DNA of 64,000 nucleotides from Girardia tigrina (Eukaryota), in NCBI GenBank assembly GCA_001938485.1, contig MQRK01246750.1, positions 62,001 to 126,000 on the forward strand, read 5' to 3'. This document shows positions 28,080 to 39,296 of this stretch, in pieces. Position numbers and translations under genes: made by a program. The notes beneath the pieces were generated by a model that was not told where the DNA came from, ran no database searches, and saw only the letters and a list, made by a program, of their open reading frames with translations. How positions within the stretch are numbered: the stretch's first letter is position 1; every line of letters starts with the position of its first letter.

Positions 28080-29280
28080 GAGGAATATTTTAAATTGTTT
28101 GAATGTGAAATGTAGTGATGCTGTATGTTGATTTGAGTATATTGAATTTAGAATGGTGATTCTCCATCCAGATGGAAATTGGTATTTTTTTATTAAATTT
28201 AAAGTGATTGACTATTCGCACATAATTAAAATAATCATTTTATAAGTTCATATCTTTAATTTCACAATTAAAATTAAGTTTAATATTTTTAGTAAAATTT
28301 AAATTAAATGCATTTTTAATAATTTGATGACATTTTTATTATTTGGGGATTTATTGAGGAATGGTAAAATTTATTATTTTTAATTAATATTTTCTTAGAA
28401 GTTAAATATTTTAAAAAATGACTTAGAAAAATTGTTCGAATAATCATTATTAAAAAGAAAAATAAGAAAACCAATTAGAACGATGACAAACGATGAAAGA
28501 TCTTCTGAGAGTCATAATGATCTTAAATGTGATTGTAATTGTAGTGACCACAATTTATTAATTTAACAATTAATTTAATTTTAACTAAATTAATTATTAA
28601 TCAACTAATTTAATTTTATCAAAACTAACAAAAAAAATGTGCAAAAAAATACGAAATTTAATTTAAAAAAATGGAGTGAATCGACAACATTAGAACGTAA
28701 AGAAATGTCGGAAATTAATTTAAAAAAAAGAATTAACTAAATTAATTTTGTTTTAACCAGGTAAATAAATCTTATTTCCGGTCGATTATGTGAATCTTTT
28801 TAATGGCAATAAACATTTTCAATATTTTTCGATTTTCTTTTTATCTCATTCTGGCATTTTCTACTTGAAGTTTTTTTCTATCACAACCTCTGTTTACATC
28901 TACCTATATCTCTCTCTTTCTTTCATATATCTCCAAAATGTATATCAGCTCATTAGAGGATTTATGCGTCGAAAACTGTTTCGATTTTCTCACAAAGCTG
29001 TTCGACAACTCACCGGACCTCAAATTGCATCGACATCATCCCGGAGCTGTCGGGCAAGATAGCAGCCCCACTATATCCAAACGCCATCCGAAACCGATAG
29101 GATATTACTTTTCTTCAGTAGTTTCTCTCGATCCAATTCCCAGGATCGATTCACGACGATCGGGCCAGCCCAGGTCTCACGTAGACGATGTGGCACCCAC
29201 TTTACAGTAATAAAAATTCAAATGAGAATTGTCTCAATGTTCTTAATAATCTAGAATGACGAAAGGAGAGTTCAGGTTTT
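28080..29280 (-). mobile_element. Decayed PLE-like repeat, interrupted by a solo LTR
   Basis: Colinear with the reverse complement of 44600-45148 on both sides of the 28534-29206 insertion. Confidence 0.5.
28534..29206. mobile_element. Solo LTR (673 bp)
   Basis: TGTAA...TTACA termini, 5-bp TSD GTGAT/GTAAT (one mismatch). The empty site is seen in the paralog at about 44690-44715. Confidence 0.75.
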
Positions 29281-30009
29281 TTTTCAAAGTTATAAATATT
29301 GTAAGTGCACACGGACTTTTGGATATCAGAGTTAAATTGTAAGTTGGATAATTGGATTCTGGAGAAAAAAAGGCATTGTATTTTCAGCAGCCTCTTTTTG
29401 AAAAATCATGTAGGTTTACATTTAACTTCATGATTAATTAAAGATTTAAAATTCGACGCAGTTAAACTATTTCTATCAAAAAAAACTTTTAGTTTGATCT
29501 TCATCGTGTACTTCGTTTTTTTGTAAACCCTAACTCCGGCTTTAAAGCAAGATTAAAGCTAGTTTGAAACCACAGACACTAAATTTCAGAAGATATAAAA
29601 AAACAATCAGTTTTACACAAACTTTATAATATTAATATTATTTTTACTTATTATTAATTTATTGTTGTTGATGTTTTTACTACATTAAAAATTAAAACAA
29701 TAAAATAGAGTTACCTCTTCACATTTGATTAGAATTTATGATTTTCCAAATATTCGAATGAAAATAAATTGATGTAAAATAAGAATTTTAAAGCAAAATT
29801 CTAAGAAAATATTAAAAATGATTTCAGATGACATTTGTCTTTTAAAGTTGTCTATATATATTAAGTATAATTTGTCAGACCGAGTTCGATAAAAAATAAA
29901 TAAGAAATCTAACCGAAATTTTATAACAAAACATAAATAATCTATTTTGTTACATATAAAACATATTTTGTTTTAAAATCAAATTGAAAATTTTAAAAAT
30001 TAATTTGAG

Positions 30010-31200
30010 TAAAAGGAATTCTGATATTGATGTCACAAATACTTCTCTCGTGGCGACTAACGCTGCAATGGATATCTTCACAGGTCAACTAGATTGTATG
30101 GGTAAAATTTCGGTGGACGTAAAAATTAAAGAAAAACGGAGAAATATAACGTTCTTCGTAGTAAATGACATAAAACCAGGCATAATAGGAGGAATAGAAT
30201 TGCAGATGGCGTTTGGAATCGAGTTACATTGGAAAAAGAAAGAAAATGGTGTGAACGAACAATTTTATCAAGTATGTAACTTAGAAGCCAAATTTGGACG
30301 TAAGGTTACAAACGAGGAAAGATTCAAAAGAGCAATGGAAATAATGAAAATTGCAGATAAACCAAAGATTCTTGATATTTTTAAAAACATTAAGGAGTTT
30401 TTATGGCTGATAAATGGGATATCGGATGTACGACGATGATTAAACATAGAATAGACACAAAAGGACCTCCAATTAACCTTACACATGGACAACCATTTAA
30501 TCTGGAAGAAAAGATCGATGAGACTTAAGAATTTGTGGGAAAACAACATTATTAAGAAATGTAATTCACCATGGAATACACCGATGATTTGTGTATAGAA
30601 GAAAGAAAAGAATGATGTTAGAATTTGCTTGGATTTTAGACCGCTAAACCTAGTCACTTAGAGACAGGCAATTCCTATGCCAAATATGATAGAAATGATG
30701 GACAAATTATATGGAACCAGATATTTCACATCAATCGATCTATGTAATGCATACTACCAGATTGAACTAGAGGAAGATTCAAAGCTAAAAACGAAATTTT
30801 CCACAAAGCTAGGACAATTTTGTTTCAATAGAATGCCTTTTGGTATAGCAGCGGCACCGGCAACGTTTCAAGAACTCATAACAAAGGTGCTTGGTGGCAT
30901 AGAACAGACAGTGCTATATAATTGTTGGAACAACATTACGAAATTTTTGATAAAGTATTAGACAAAATCGGGAAAGCAGGTTTAAGAATTAATCCGGAAA
31001 AGTGCCATATACTAAAAACGGAAGTTAAATTTTTCGGACTTGTAATTATACAGATAAAGGTATACAGATGGACCCATCTAAATTAGAATCTATAAAGACA
31101 TTTGAAAAACCGAAATGTGTAAAGAATCTAAGAAGTTTCCTTGGAATTCGCAATTATTACAGACGATTTGTTAAAGACTACGCAACAAAGGCCATGGCAT
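30010..31200 (+). pseudogene. Ty3/Gypsy pol remnant (protease end, RT, connection)
   Basis: SPWNTPMICV, VRICLDFRPLN, IDLCNAYYQI, MPFGIAAAPATFQ. Has stops and frameshifts, and YxDD is deleted. Confidence 0.9.
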
Positions 31201-31711
31201 AAAGTGGTTGTAATGGCAATATCATTTTTATTTTATGAAATTTATTTGTTTCATTGCCATTTAAAATCTCATAAAAATATAATAAATATTATTATTAATT
31301 TGTTACTTTTCTTTTTATTCTATTTTTTTAACAAATTTATATGGAGTCAAAAAAAATTTTAATTTAATAAAAGCTGATTTTTTTTACCTATAAAAAAATA
31401 ATTGTATGAAATACATAATAAATAATTTTTTAATAAATATATTGTAAAAAAACTCTTCATTTTCATTTAGCAGAATTTAGAAAATTGTTAACGGTAAAAT
31501 AATATGAAAATTGAAACTGAGTTATATTGACACATCCTTTGTAGTAGTGATTTAATTCATATTTTTCAAACGATGGGAAAATTTATTTGATAATAATTTT
31601 TAATAACTCCTCATTTATTTTCGAATTTTGATTAATTAATGAAATTTCTTGCAGTAATTATATACATATTATGTTTTATTATTCCTTTCTGTACGTATTG
31701 TTTTAAGATTA

Positions 31712-31845
31712 ACCGTCTATTTCGGTGTATAAGATGACCCTTTATTCTTAAAAAAAAGTTGCTGAAATTGTAGGATAAGGCAAACTAATATTTTTGGGAC
31801 AAATTTTTAGGCTTAAAGTGTCATCTTATTCAGAAATATGTGGTA
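31712..31845. mobile_element. Degenerate Tc2/pogo-type MITE
   Basis: Ends ccgtctatttcggtgtataagatgac and gtcatcttattcagaaatatgtgg resemble CCGTA...TATAAGACGAC TIRs. Confidence 0.35.
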
Positions 31846-31934
31846 TATCATATGAGCAATAATGATTATTCTTACTCAAGACTCCCATTTTCTAACAGTT
31901 AGTATTCCGAATTAAAACTATTAAATACTAATTG

Positions 31935-32420
31935 TGAGGAATACTTTTGAATGGTGTTTATTGTATTTTGTGTTCGGTATGTTATTTTTAGGATTGTGTT
32001 TCACCCACCCAGATGGAAGATTGGTATTTAAATGTTTTGAACCATCGAATTATTTGGACAATTTCAAAATTTGAATAACAACTTTAAAATTAAGTTAATA
32101 CATTTTAATCTATAAATATATAATAATATGTTAATAGTGAATTATAATGTAAATGTTTGTTTAATCATAAATAATATATTTAAAATTGATTAAAATATTT
32201 TTGAAAATAATTTTAAAATATTTTAGTCAGGAATTGTGATTTAAATTGTGAATTAAATTGTAATTTAAATTTTTTCGAATAATTAGAGGTTTAAAAATAG
32301 AATTAAAAATTTATCAATCAAGAACGAGGTCTAACTACGAACGTTTTTTGGAGAATTGTCCTGGAGGCAATTCGAGTTGTGATGTCAATAAAAGTATTGG
32401 AAATCGTATTAGTGTTTTTA
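31935..32420 (-). mobile_element. Decayed PLE-like repeat (paralog of 400-745)
   Basis: Translates SSIWVGETQS...TEH and NTISNTFIDITTRIASR. Confidence 0.45.
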
Positions 32421-32429
32421 ATACTAATA

Positions 32430-32560
32430 CAGTCTACTCCGGCTAATCCGAACCACCGGCTAAACCGAACACGGAAAATTCTCCTATGTTTTCTAATATA
32501 ATTTTCGCTTAACAAAAACCGAAAAACTGGCAAAATCGAAAACCGAACGACTTTATGAGA
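32430..32560 (+). mobile_element. pogo/Tigger-type transposon end
   Basis: TA|CAGTCTACTCCGGCTAATCCGAAC followed by a repeated CCGGCTAAACCGAAC motif. Confidence 0.55.
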
Positions 32561-33058
32561 ACGGGCTCAACAGATACTTTGTACTTTTGTTCGTCTAATC
32601 TGAAAAGTACATAAGTGCGTACTATTTCTAATACGATTTCCACTACTTTTATTGGCATCACAACGCGAGTTGCCTCCAGGACAATAAGATGATTATCATA
32701 ATATTATTTGATTAGCAAAATCCGATTATTTCTTCATGAGAAACGTTAAAGTGTTTTGATAGAGCATAATTTTTTTTCATTTGAAAAAGTGAGTTCGTTT
32801 TTTGTTTTAATAATTTATGTTTGTCTTTTGTTTTATTAGAGTTTCTCGTGAAACTATTTTAGAGAAAAAATATCTTTAACTGGGATTTATAATATCAAAT
32901 ATATTTTGTTTTTATTTAATAGAAGTTTACTAAAACGCATTTCAAGAATTAAGTATCTAATTTTATATAAATATTTTTTATTTAAATTTATGATCTGACC
33001 GTTTATGTTTGATATGAAAATTTTGAAAAAAAATTATTTATATATATATATATATATT

Positions 33059-33232
33059 GAGTCTTGTGAACGCAAGTTTAGTATTTCGAAAATATAATTT
33101 GATTAAAGCTTTTTTAAAATTGTTTAAATTGATTAAAGCCTTTTTATATAATTATTGGACATGTTTCGATGTTTATATACATCATCATCAGCAATTTGAA
33201 AACAATTTTAATAGATATATTAACTTTAAAAG
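33059..33232 (-). mobile_element. Mini PLE pLTR unit in (TA)n
   Basis: Shares sequence with 4538-4650 and 4690-4714; flanked on both sides by (TA)n. Confidence 0.6.
33154..33195 (-). ncRNA. Minimal type-I hammerhead ribozyme (perfect core)
   Basis: Reverse complement: attg CTGATGA t GATGT atataa ACATC GAAA CATG TC caat. 4-bp stem I, 5-bp stem II, palindromic stem III, GUC site. Confidence 0.85.
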
Positions 33233-33653
33233 GTATATATATATATATATNNNNNNNNNNNNNNNNNNNNNNNNNNNNNNNNNNNNNNNNNNNNNNNNNN
33301 NNNNNNNNNNNNNNNNNNNNNNNNNNNNNNNNNNNNNNNNNNNNNNNNNNNNNNNNNNNNNNNNNNNNNNNNNNNNNNNNNNNNNNNNNNNNNNNNNNNN
33401 NNNNNNNNNNNNNNNNNNNNNNNNNNNNNNNNNNNNNNNNNNNNNNNNNNNNNNNNNNNNNNNNNNNNNNNNNNNNNNNNNNNNNNNNNNNNNNNNNNNN
33501 NNNNNNNNNNNNNNNNNNNNNNNNNNNNNNNNNNNNNNNNGTTAAATTATTAAAATAAAACATGTAAAAATGAATTAAATGTATCTGAAACGCAAAGATA
33601 TAAATTTATTTTAGATATATAGAACTACTAGTTCTTTAGTTATTTAAAAAGTG

Positions 33654-34406
33654 TTAATTTGGGGATAATTGTGCAATTGCTTTCAGATACATAAGGACAT
33701 CCGCTCTTCCGTAACCGGCTATAGCACGTCTGACTCTGTCCACTAAGTCTCGATATTTCTTGACACCTATTTCCTGGATTCCTGTAGCCCCTTGCATGAA
33801 TGCTGCCTTATGTTTTTGACAATCCTTCTCCAACCCTTCGATGAGCAACCACATTGAAGGATGACTGCACATGAATAAGGATTGAATTCCATGATACCAC
33901 CCTTCGACGATGTTTGTGGTCTGTGCGATTCCATCACCGGCAGAGTCGTATTGATTCCACATAGGGATTGGAAACGTCGCTGAGCCAAAATTGTTGCCTC
34001 TGCCTCGAAGTCTTCTACCTCTAATATAGCTGTGTTCAAAGTAAGATAGAAGCTCATTCATTTTATCATGTTCTGGCATCTGTTCAGTTAGTAAGTCGAA
34101 TGACTCAGCAACATCATCAACCGGTACATGAGCTAGTGCTGATAAACATCGAACACATCCACGCAATTCGTCGTCATTTTCGTAATCAGTCTTCATTCCC
34201 AGTTCGTTGACCTTGCGTATAACACTCTGGCTGAGATAAAAATAGCAACCTGTTACCGATGCTTCTGGATATCCATGATTGAATGCTCCCATAGCCGCTT
34301 GTTCAAAATCGTTAAGTTAATCAATTGGATGAATAGTCCGGGGTGATCAGTCCGGGATGAACCGTCAGCTTAGATGAAACGTCCGGGGATGAACAGTCCT
34401 AGAACC
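33654..34406 (-). mobile_element. MULE element, internally deleted: 5' end joined to the C-terminal transposase half
   Basis: DFEQAAMGAF...GCYFYLSQ...WNQY...TTNIVEGWYH in an open 212-aa ORF. Terminal GTCCGGGGATGAAC-type repeats at 34335-34406. Confidence 0.85.
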
Positions 34407-34421
34407 ATATATATATATATA

Positions 34422-35235
34422 CACTACTCTTCAAAAGTTTGGACTCATATGTTAAAATCGCCTTTTTTTGTATTTGTCAATTGCATTATAGTTTTGAAAC
34501 AGTTAGATCTAACTCAATTTTATGGAACTACATTTTATTAATGTTTTTAGCTTTGTCTTTTATTTCTCATTTATTTATTGTATCAAAACAGGATGACTTT
34601 TAAAATATATAAAAATATATAATATTAAAATTTATGACATTGAATTACATTGAAGTATTTTTTGAACTTGAATCAGTTTTTACTCGATGAATCTATACTA
34701 TAAAATGCGCGCAAATGGCCTCGATTGTATTTAGCCGTCGATTGTCTCTCAAGTTATAAATATTGACACTTTGATACTTGAAATACAATTGCACATTGTA
34801 GAAGATTTTAATCAATATTACTGCTTCAAAATTGTATGACAAGTCTTGAAAATGGCAAAAGACAAGCATAAATCGAAAGAAAAAAGTGCTTAGATAGTAA
34901 TTTTGAAGAAAATCGGCCATTCAGAGCGAAAAATTGCTCAAATACTGGGAGTTTCACTGAAAGGAGTTTATATAGAATCGGAGAGATTCTCTGAAACCAA
35001 CACATTTTCCGACAGAAAACACTTTGGCCGACCCTGGAATTGCGACCACAATCGCCTGGTATAAATCTGATGGAACTATTGTGAGATCAGCTGAACAAAG
35101 AAGCACGGAAACAGTGTCAAACTAGAGAATTGCACTTTTGGGAATGTCTTCAGCAGGCTTAGTAACGATTGAAACCAAAAAGTTTCCATAAATTAGTCTA
35201 TAGAATGCGCAGAATTTGTGGGGCCATAATCAATA
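34422..35235 (+). mobile_element. Internally deleted Tc1-like element
   Basis: TA|CACTACTCTTCAAAAGTTTGGACTC end. HTH region GHSERKIAQILGVS...GRP, then PQSPGINLMELL and RMRRICGAII. Confidence 0.75.
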
Positions 35236-35306
35236 TTTATTATTGAGTATTGTGAATGCTAATTTAATATTTTTGAAAAATAATTTTGTTAAATTTTTTT
35301 TAAGAA

Positions 35307-35346
35307 ATTGTACATGTTTCGGAAATTTTTCTTCCATCATCAGCAA
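35307..35346 (-). ncRNA. Minimal type-I hammerhead ribozyme in the PLE pLTR
   Basis: Reverse complement: ttg CTGATGA t GGAA gaaaaat TTCC GAAA CATG TA caa; GUA site. Confidence 0.8.
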
Positions 35347-35738
35347 ATATATTTATTAGTTATTTTTCTTCTTCTTTTGTTTATTAATGTTACTTTTTTA
35401 TGAAATTATTAAAAGGGAACTATGTAATTAAATATTTATTTAATTTAAGATATTATTGGAAAATAACGGCAAAATGTTTTTTTAATTAAAGGTTTTAAGG
35501 TTTGAAACCGCTTTTCTTTGTCCATTTTGAATATTTATTAATGGATTATTGTGTATTATTAATAATGATTTACAGAACTGTCTCTCATAATGTGAATCAA
35601 AACCCTTCTGTAAAACAGAAAACTTATCTTTGAAAGAGAAGAGATTCTATTTTTACAATCAAGAACTTTACTCGATCGACTTGATTATGAATGCTCACTA
35701 ATACGGGTTTTGAGATGACGATTTGTCTCTAAAAGATG

Positions 35739-36274
35739 GGCCTCCCATCTCTCACAAATAATATAGAACCTCTATGCTCCTTAGAGGATCCTCTCAAACT
35801 AAAGAGTCACTAGCAGCATATAATATAGGCTTCCTACGGGGTCGAATAGTTTCGGTCTCCGAGATCTTTTCGGCTTCCCAGTAAGAAACGACCACCCTTG
35901 GGTTGAATATCCATGGTTCTCCATACCTTTGGCTGTATTCGTGGACTTTGTACAGCTGAAAAAGGGACATCTGAACTCTCTCCTTGCAGTTAGATCTGCA
36001 ATCCTAAAAGTCAGATTTGTTTCTTCAGTACCTATCACTTCCTTCACCGCCATCGAGATAGTCGGGGGAGGGTTCGTCACGGATTGAATCTGGTTGCCTG
36101 AATGTTGAGGTTTTCTAAGACTCTTACTTCTGTGTTATTTGTTGAACTGGTTTGTGTTGGTGTCATTTTCGGTTCTCGAATTTCTTCTGTTTTCTCAAAT
36201 TTATGATCCCGGTTTAGGTGCCTTGTCAGCTACCACATCGTTTTGTATGACTTTTTGCATAGTGTAAATGGGAA
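35739..36274 (-). mobile_element. 5'-truncated second copy of the zinc-finger RTE-like LINE
   Basis: LCKKSYKTMW*LTRHLNRDH and FRCPFFSCTKSTNTAKGMENHG; ends at GGGAGGCC, which matches 36598. Confidence 0.8.
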
Positions 36275-38822
36275 TTGTAATTGTAAGGTAGGCCTCCTCC
36301 CCGCGGTAACCCGCGCTAATGACTCGTAGAGCCTATAAGGAGCCGAGTCGGTTGTATCATTGGGTGTCACCCCTCAACTGATCATGGGCCCCGCCATTAG
36401 ACGTTTCCACGATCCCGCTCGGATAGCATGCCTTTAAGGTGGTGGATTGCTAGCCCTCGCCCTTCGTACTATCGTTGGTCGGCATCCAACAAAGGCATGC
36501 TTCGGACACTTTGGCCTAGAGCGGACTTTAGTTTCCCAGAGACACCACGTGGAGGTATGTCCGACTGGCTTAACACAGGTTACCAAAGTAACAGGTTGGC
36601 CTCCCATCTCTTTCGAATGGTATTGAGCCACTAGGCTCTTTAGAGGGTCCACCCAAACTAAAGAGTGCTAGCTGCCCCCCGATAGGCCTCCTACGGGGAC
36701 AGAGTGCTTCAGTCTCCGAAATTTCTTGGGCTTCCCTGTTGCAAACGACCAATCATGAATTGTGGTACCATGATTGAGCATCCCTTTGGCTGTATTGGTG
36801 GACTTGGTACAGCTGCGAAAGGGACATTTGAACTTTCCCCTCGCATTTGGATCTGCGATCCTAAAAGACAAATATGTATCTTCGGGATAAGTCGTTTACT
36901 CCACCACCGTTGAAATAGTCGGGGTGACTGTTGTTGGCTGAAAATTGGTCTTTTGGATAAGTGTGGGTTCTTCGTCTCTGTCTGGATTGTCGCTTCTTCT
37001 GTTGGATTGCATTGATGATTCTGTCTGATATTCATTGATATTCTCCTTCGCTTCTATTCGATGATCTTTACGCAGATGCCTAGTGAACCATCCTTTCGTT
37101 TTGTAACCTTTGCTGTATTTGGTACATTTAAACAGTTTTTCATCTTCTGGGAGCTGAAGCGGGATGCTTACTGTGGATTCCGTGTGATCCCGCTTGAGAT
37201 GTCTATTTAGCTCCTTTTGTTCGGCAAACTCTTTAAAGCAATCTTCTATCGTACATTGAAGGAGTTTATCTCTCTCATTGATTAATTTTGGCAGATCGGC
37301 TCTTGTTCTGTTCTGCTTCCCTTCTCTTATTAAGGAGTTGATGTATTGCCCTCTTTCTATTGTTGGGTCTCTGTAGACAATGTGCTGTATGAAGTTTTCA
37401 TACTTTGCACTATCTCCAAAGAGCCACTGTATATCCACTCTGAGGCATTTGGGAGAGCTTGCTTCTTTCTCCCACTGATCTTCTTTCCCATTCACATTGT
37501 TGCTCTCCACACACACCTCATAATGTTTGGTGTATCAGAGGTGTCCAACCTGCTATGATAGGCAAGTCTTCTGCTTGCAATGATATCCATGGGGAGCAGG
37601 AGTCCAATGTCGATAGTGTCCATTTGTATCCTCTCAGTCTTCTGCACTTTCATGATTGTGCGAGTACACAAATTATGAAAGGCAGCCAGCATATTGATTG
37701 TTTTGTTACCTGTTCGCCAACTCTCACAACTGTAGTATACTACGGGAAGTATGCAAGAGCTGACAATCTTCTTCTTGTTCCATAAAGAGAGTTTGGAGCT
37801 CCTCAGAACCGGTTTGAGGTCCCTGATCTTCCTGGTACCCTTTTGAATTCTTTCTCTTATTTCATCTTCAGCGGTGCCATTTGAGGAGATTGTGGAACCC
37901 AAATAGACGAATTTGCATACACACTCAATACCAGTCTCAAGCTGGTGTCTGGCGGTGAGAACTTTGGTATGTCCGTTTAGGTTCATAACTTTGGTCTTAT
38001 TGATATTGATCTTTAGTCCTAAATCTACAAATGAGTCATTCATTAGAATAAGGTTTCTGATAAGATTGTTCCAGTCGGTGTCTATAAGACAGAGATCGTC
38101 TGCGTAAGCCAGTCTGTTGATATCGAGGCAGCTTCCATCTTCAGTAGTCATCTTTGCTCCTCCTGAGAGACCATATAATATCGCTCGTTTCAGGACTGTA
38201 TCGAAGACGATATTGAATAGGAGCGAACCTAAAACACAACCATGTCTAACTCCTTTGTTCATATTGAAGGTTTTATCCCCTATTGAACCTCTAAATCCCT
38301 CATGAAAGGCTTTGATAACTTCAAGCATTCTCCCCCTTATCCTTAGTTTCTTTAAACAGCTCCAGAGAGACTCCCGGGGGACGCTGTCGAATGCTTTCTC
38401 CAGATCTATAAAGATTACAAAAATGTGGATATTTTTGTATCTTGCTTCTTCCTGTAGCTTTCTCAAGATGCTGATAGATTGTTACGTTCCTCTGCCTGTC
38501 CGGAATCCAAATTGCCATTCGTCCAGTGAGGCTTCAATTATTGGAGTGATACGATTAGCAATAAATCTCGCAAAGACTTTACCGCTTACGTCTAGTAGAA
38601 AAATACCTCTATAGTTACTCTGGTCTTTGCGAGATCCTTTCCCTTTGAATAGAATGACCACTCTGGCCTCTCTCCCACTTGGTGGGAACTCTTCCACACC
38701 GTCCCATATATTCCTGAAGCATATTTCCAATAGGGAGATAATATTCGTACCTCCCCATTTATATACTTTAGGAATAAGTCCATCTGAGCCTGCTGCTGTA
38801 ACCTGCTGCTGGAAAATAACAG
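36275..38822 (-). mobile_element. RTE-like non-LTR retrotransposon, 5'-truncated and frameshifted, with three C-terminal C2H2 zinc fingers
   Basis: NYRGIFLL, QFGFR, FIDLEKAFDSV, GVRHGCVL, YADDL, YLGS. Fingers lie in ORFs 36896-37516 and 36668-36871. GC-rich 3' UTR and (TTACAA)2 tail. Confidence 0.9.
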
Positions 38823-39256
38823 GTACGAGTTTTTACACCCGTTACACATCAAATTTATAAACCAGATTAGTTTTCAATCCCCAAATAGTTTTCGATTTAT
38901 TCGAGAAGAAGCTTTGAACTTTGGATGTAATTGAAGCTGCTGTGACATTACATATATTCGTGCAAATACTTTTCTTAAATGCTTTAAATCATTCAGAATA
39001 TTGTATTTTGATTATTATTGTTTGTACTCCTCAATTTTTTCTTTATTTAGTCCTTTTTTAACCCGTGTTTGGTACATAATTTTTCCAATGTAACCTTAAT
39101 GTTGTGATCTATTTTTTTTGTTTTTTGTACATGTTATCCATCAAGCGTCCTCTAAAAATATTTAAACCATGTTTTGTGGTTTCAAAATTGGAAAACAAAC
39201 TCCAAACTCTGTGGACTAAGCCCTTTATCACACCATCTATATAACTAACAAATATA

Positions 39257-39296
39257 ATTGCTGATGATTGAAGAAGAAATTCCGAAACATATTCGG
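39257..39296 (+). ncRNA. Decayed hammerhead in the inverted pLTR
   Basis: attg CTGATGA t tGAAgaagaaaTTCC GAAA cata tt; stems III and I are mutated. Confidence 0.5.

Noticed and set aside
28080-28200. Apparent gene family with 15-30 bp GT-AG introns
   Set aside because: The putative introns and reading frames are not conserved among paralogs, and the opposite strand gives PLE-like motifs.
36288-36325. HDV-like ribozyme (CCTCCTC..GGTAA..GCTAA)
   Set aside because: P1, P2 and P3 pairings could not be built; a simple hairpin explains the sequence.
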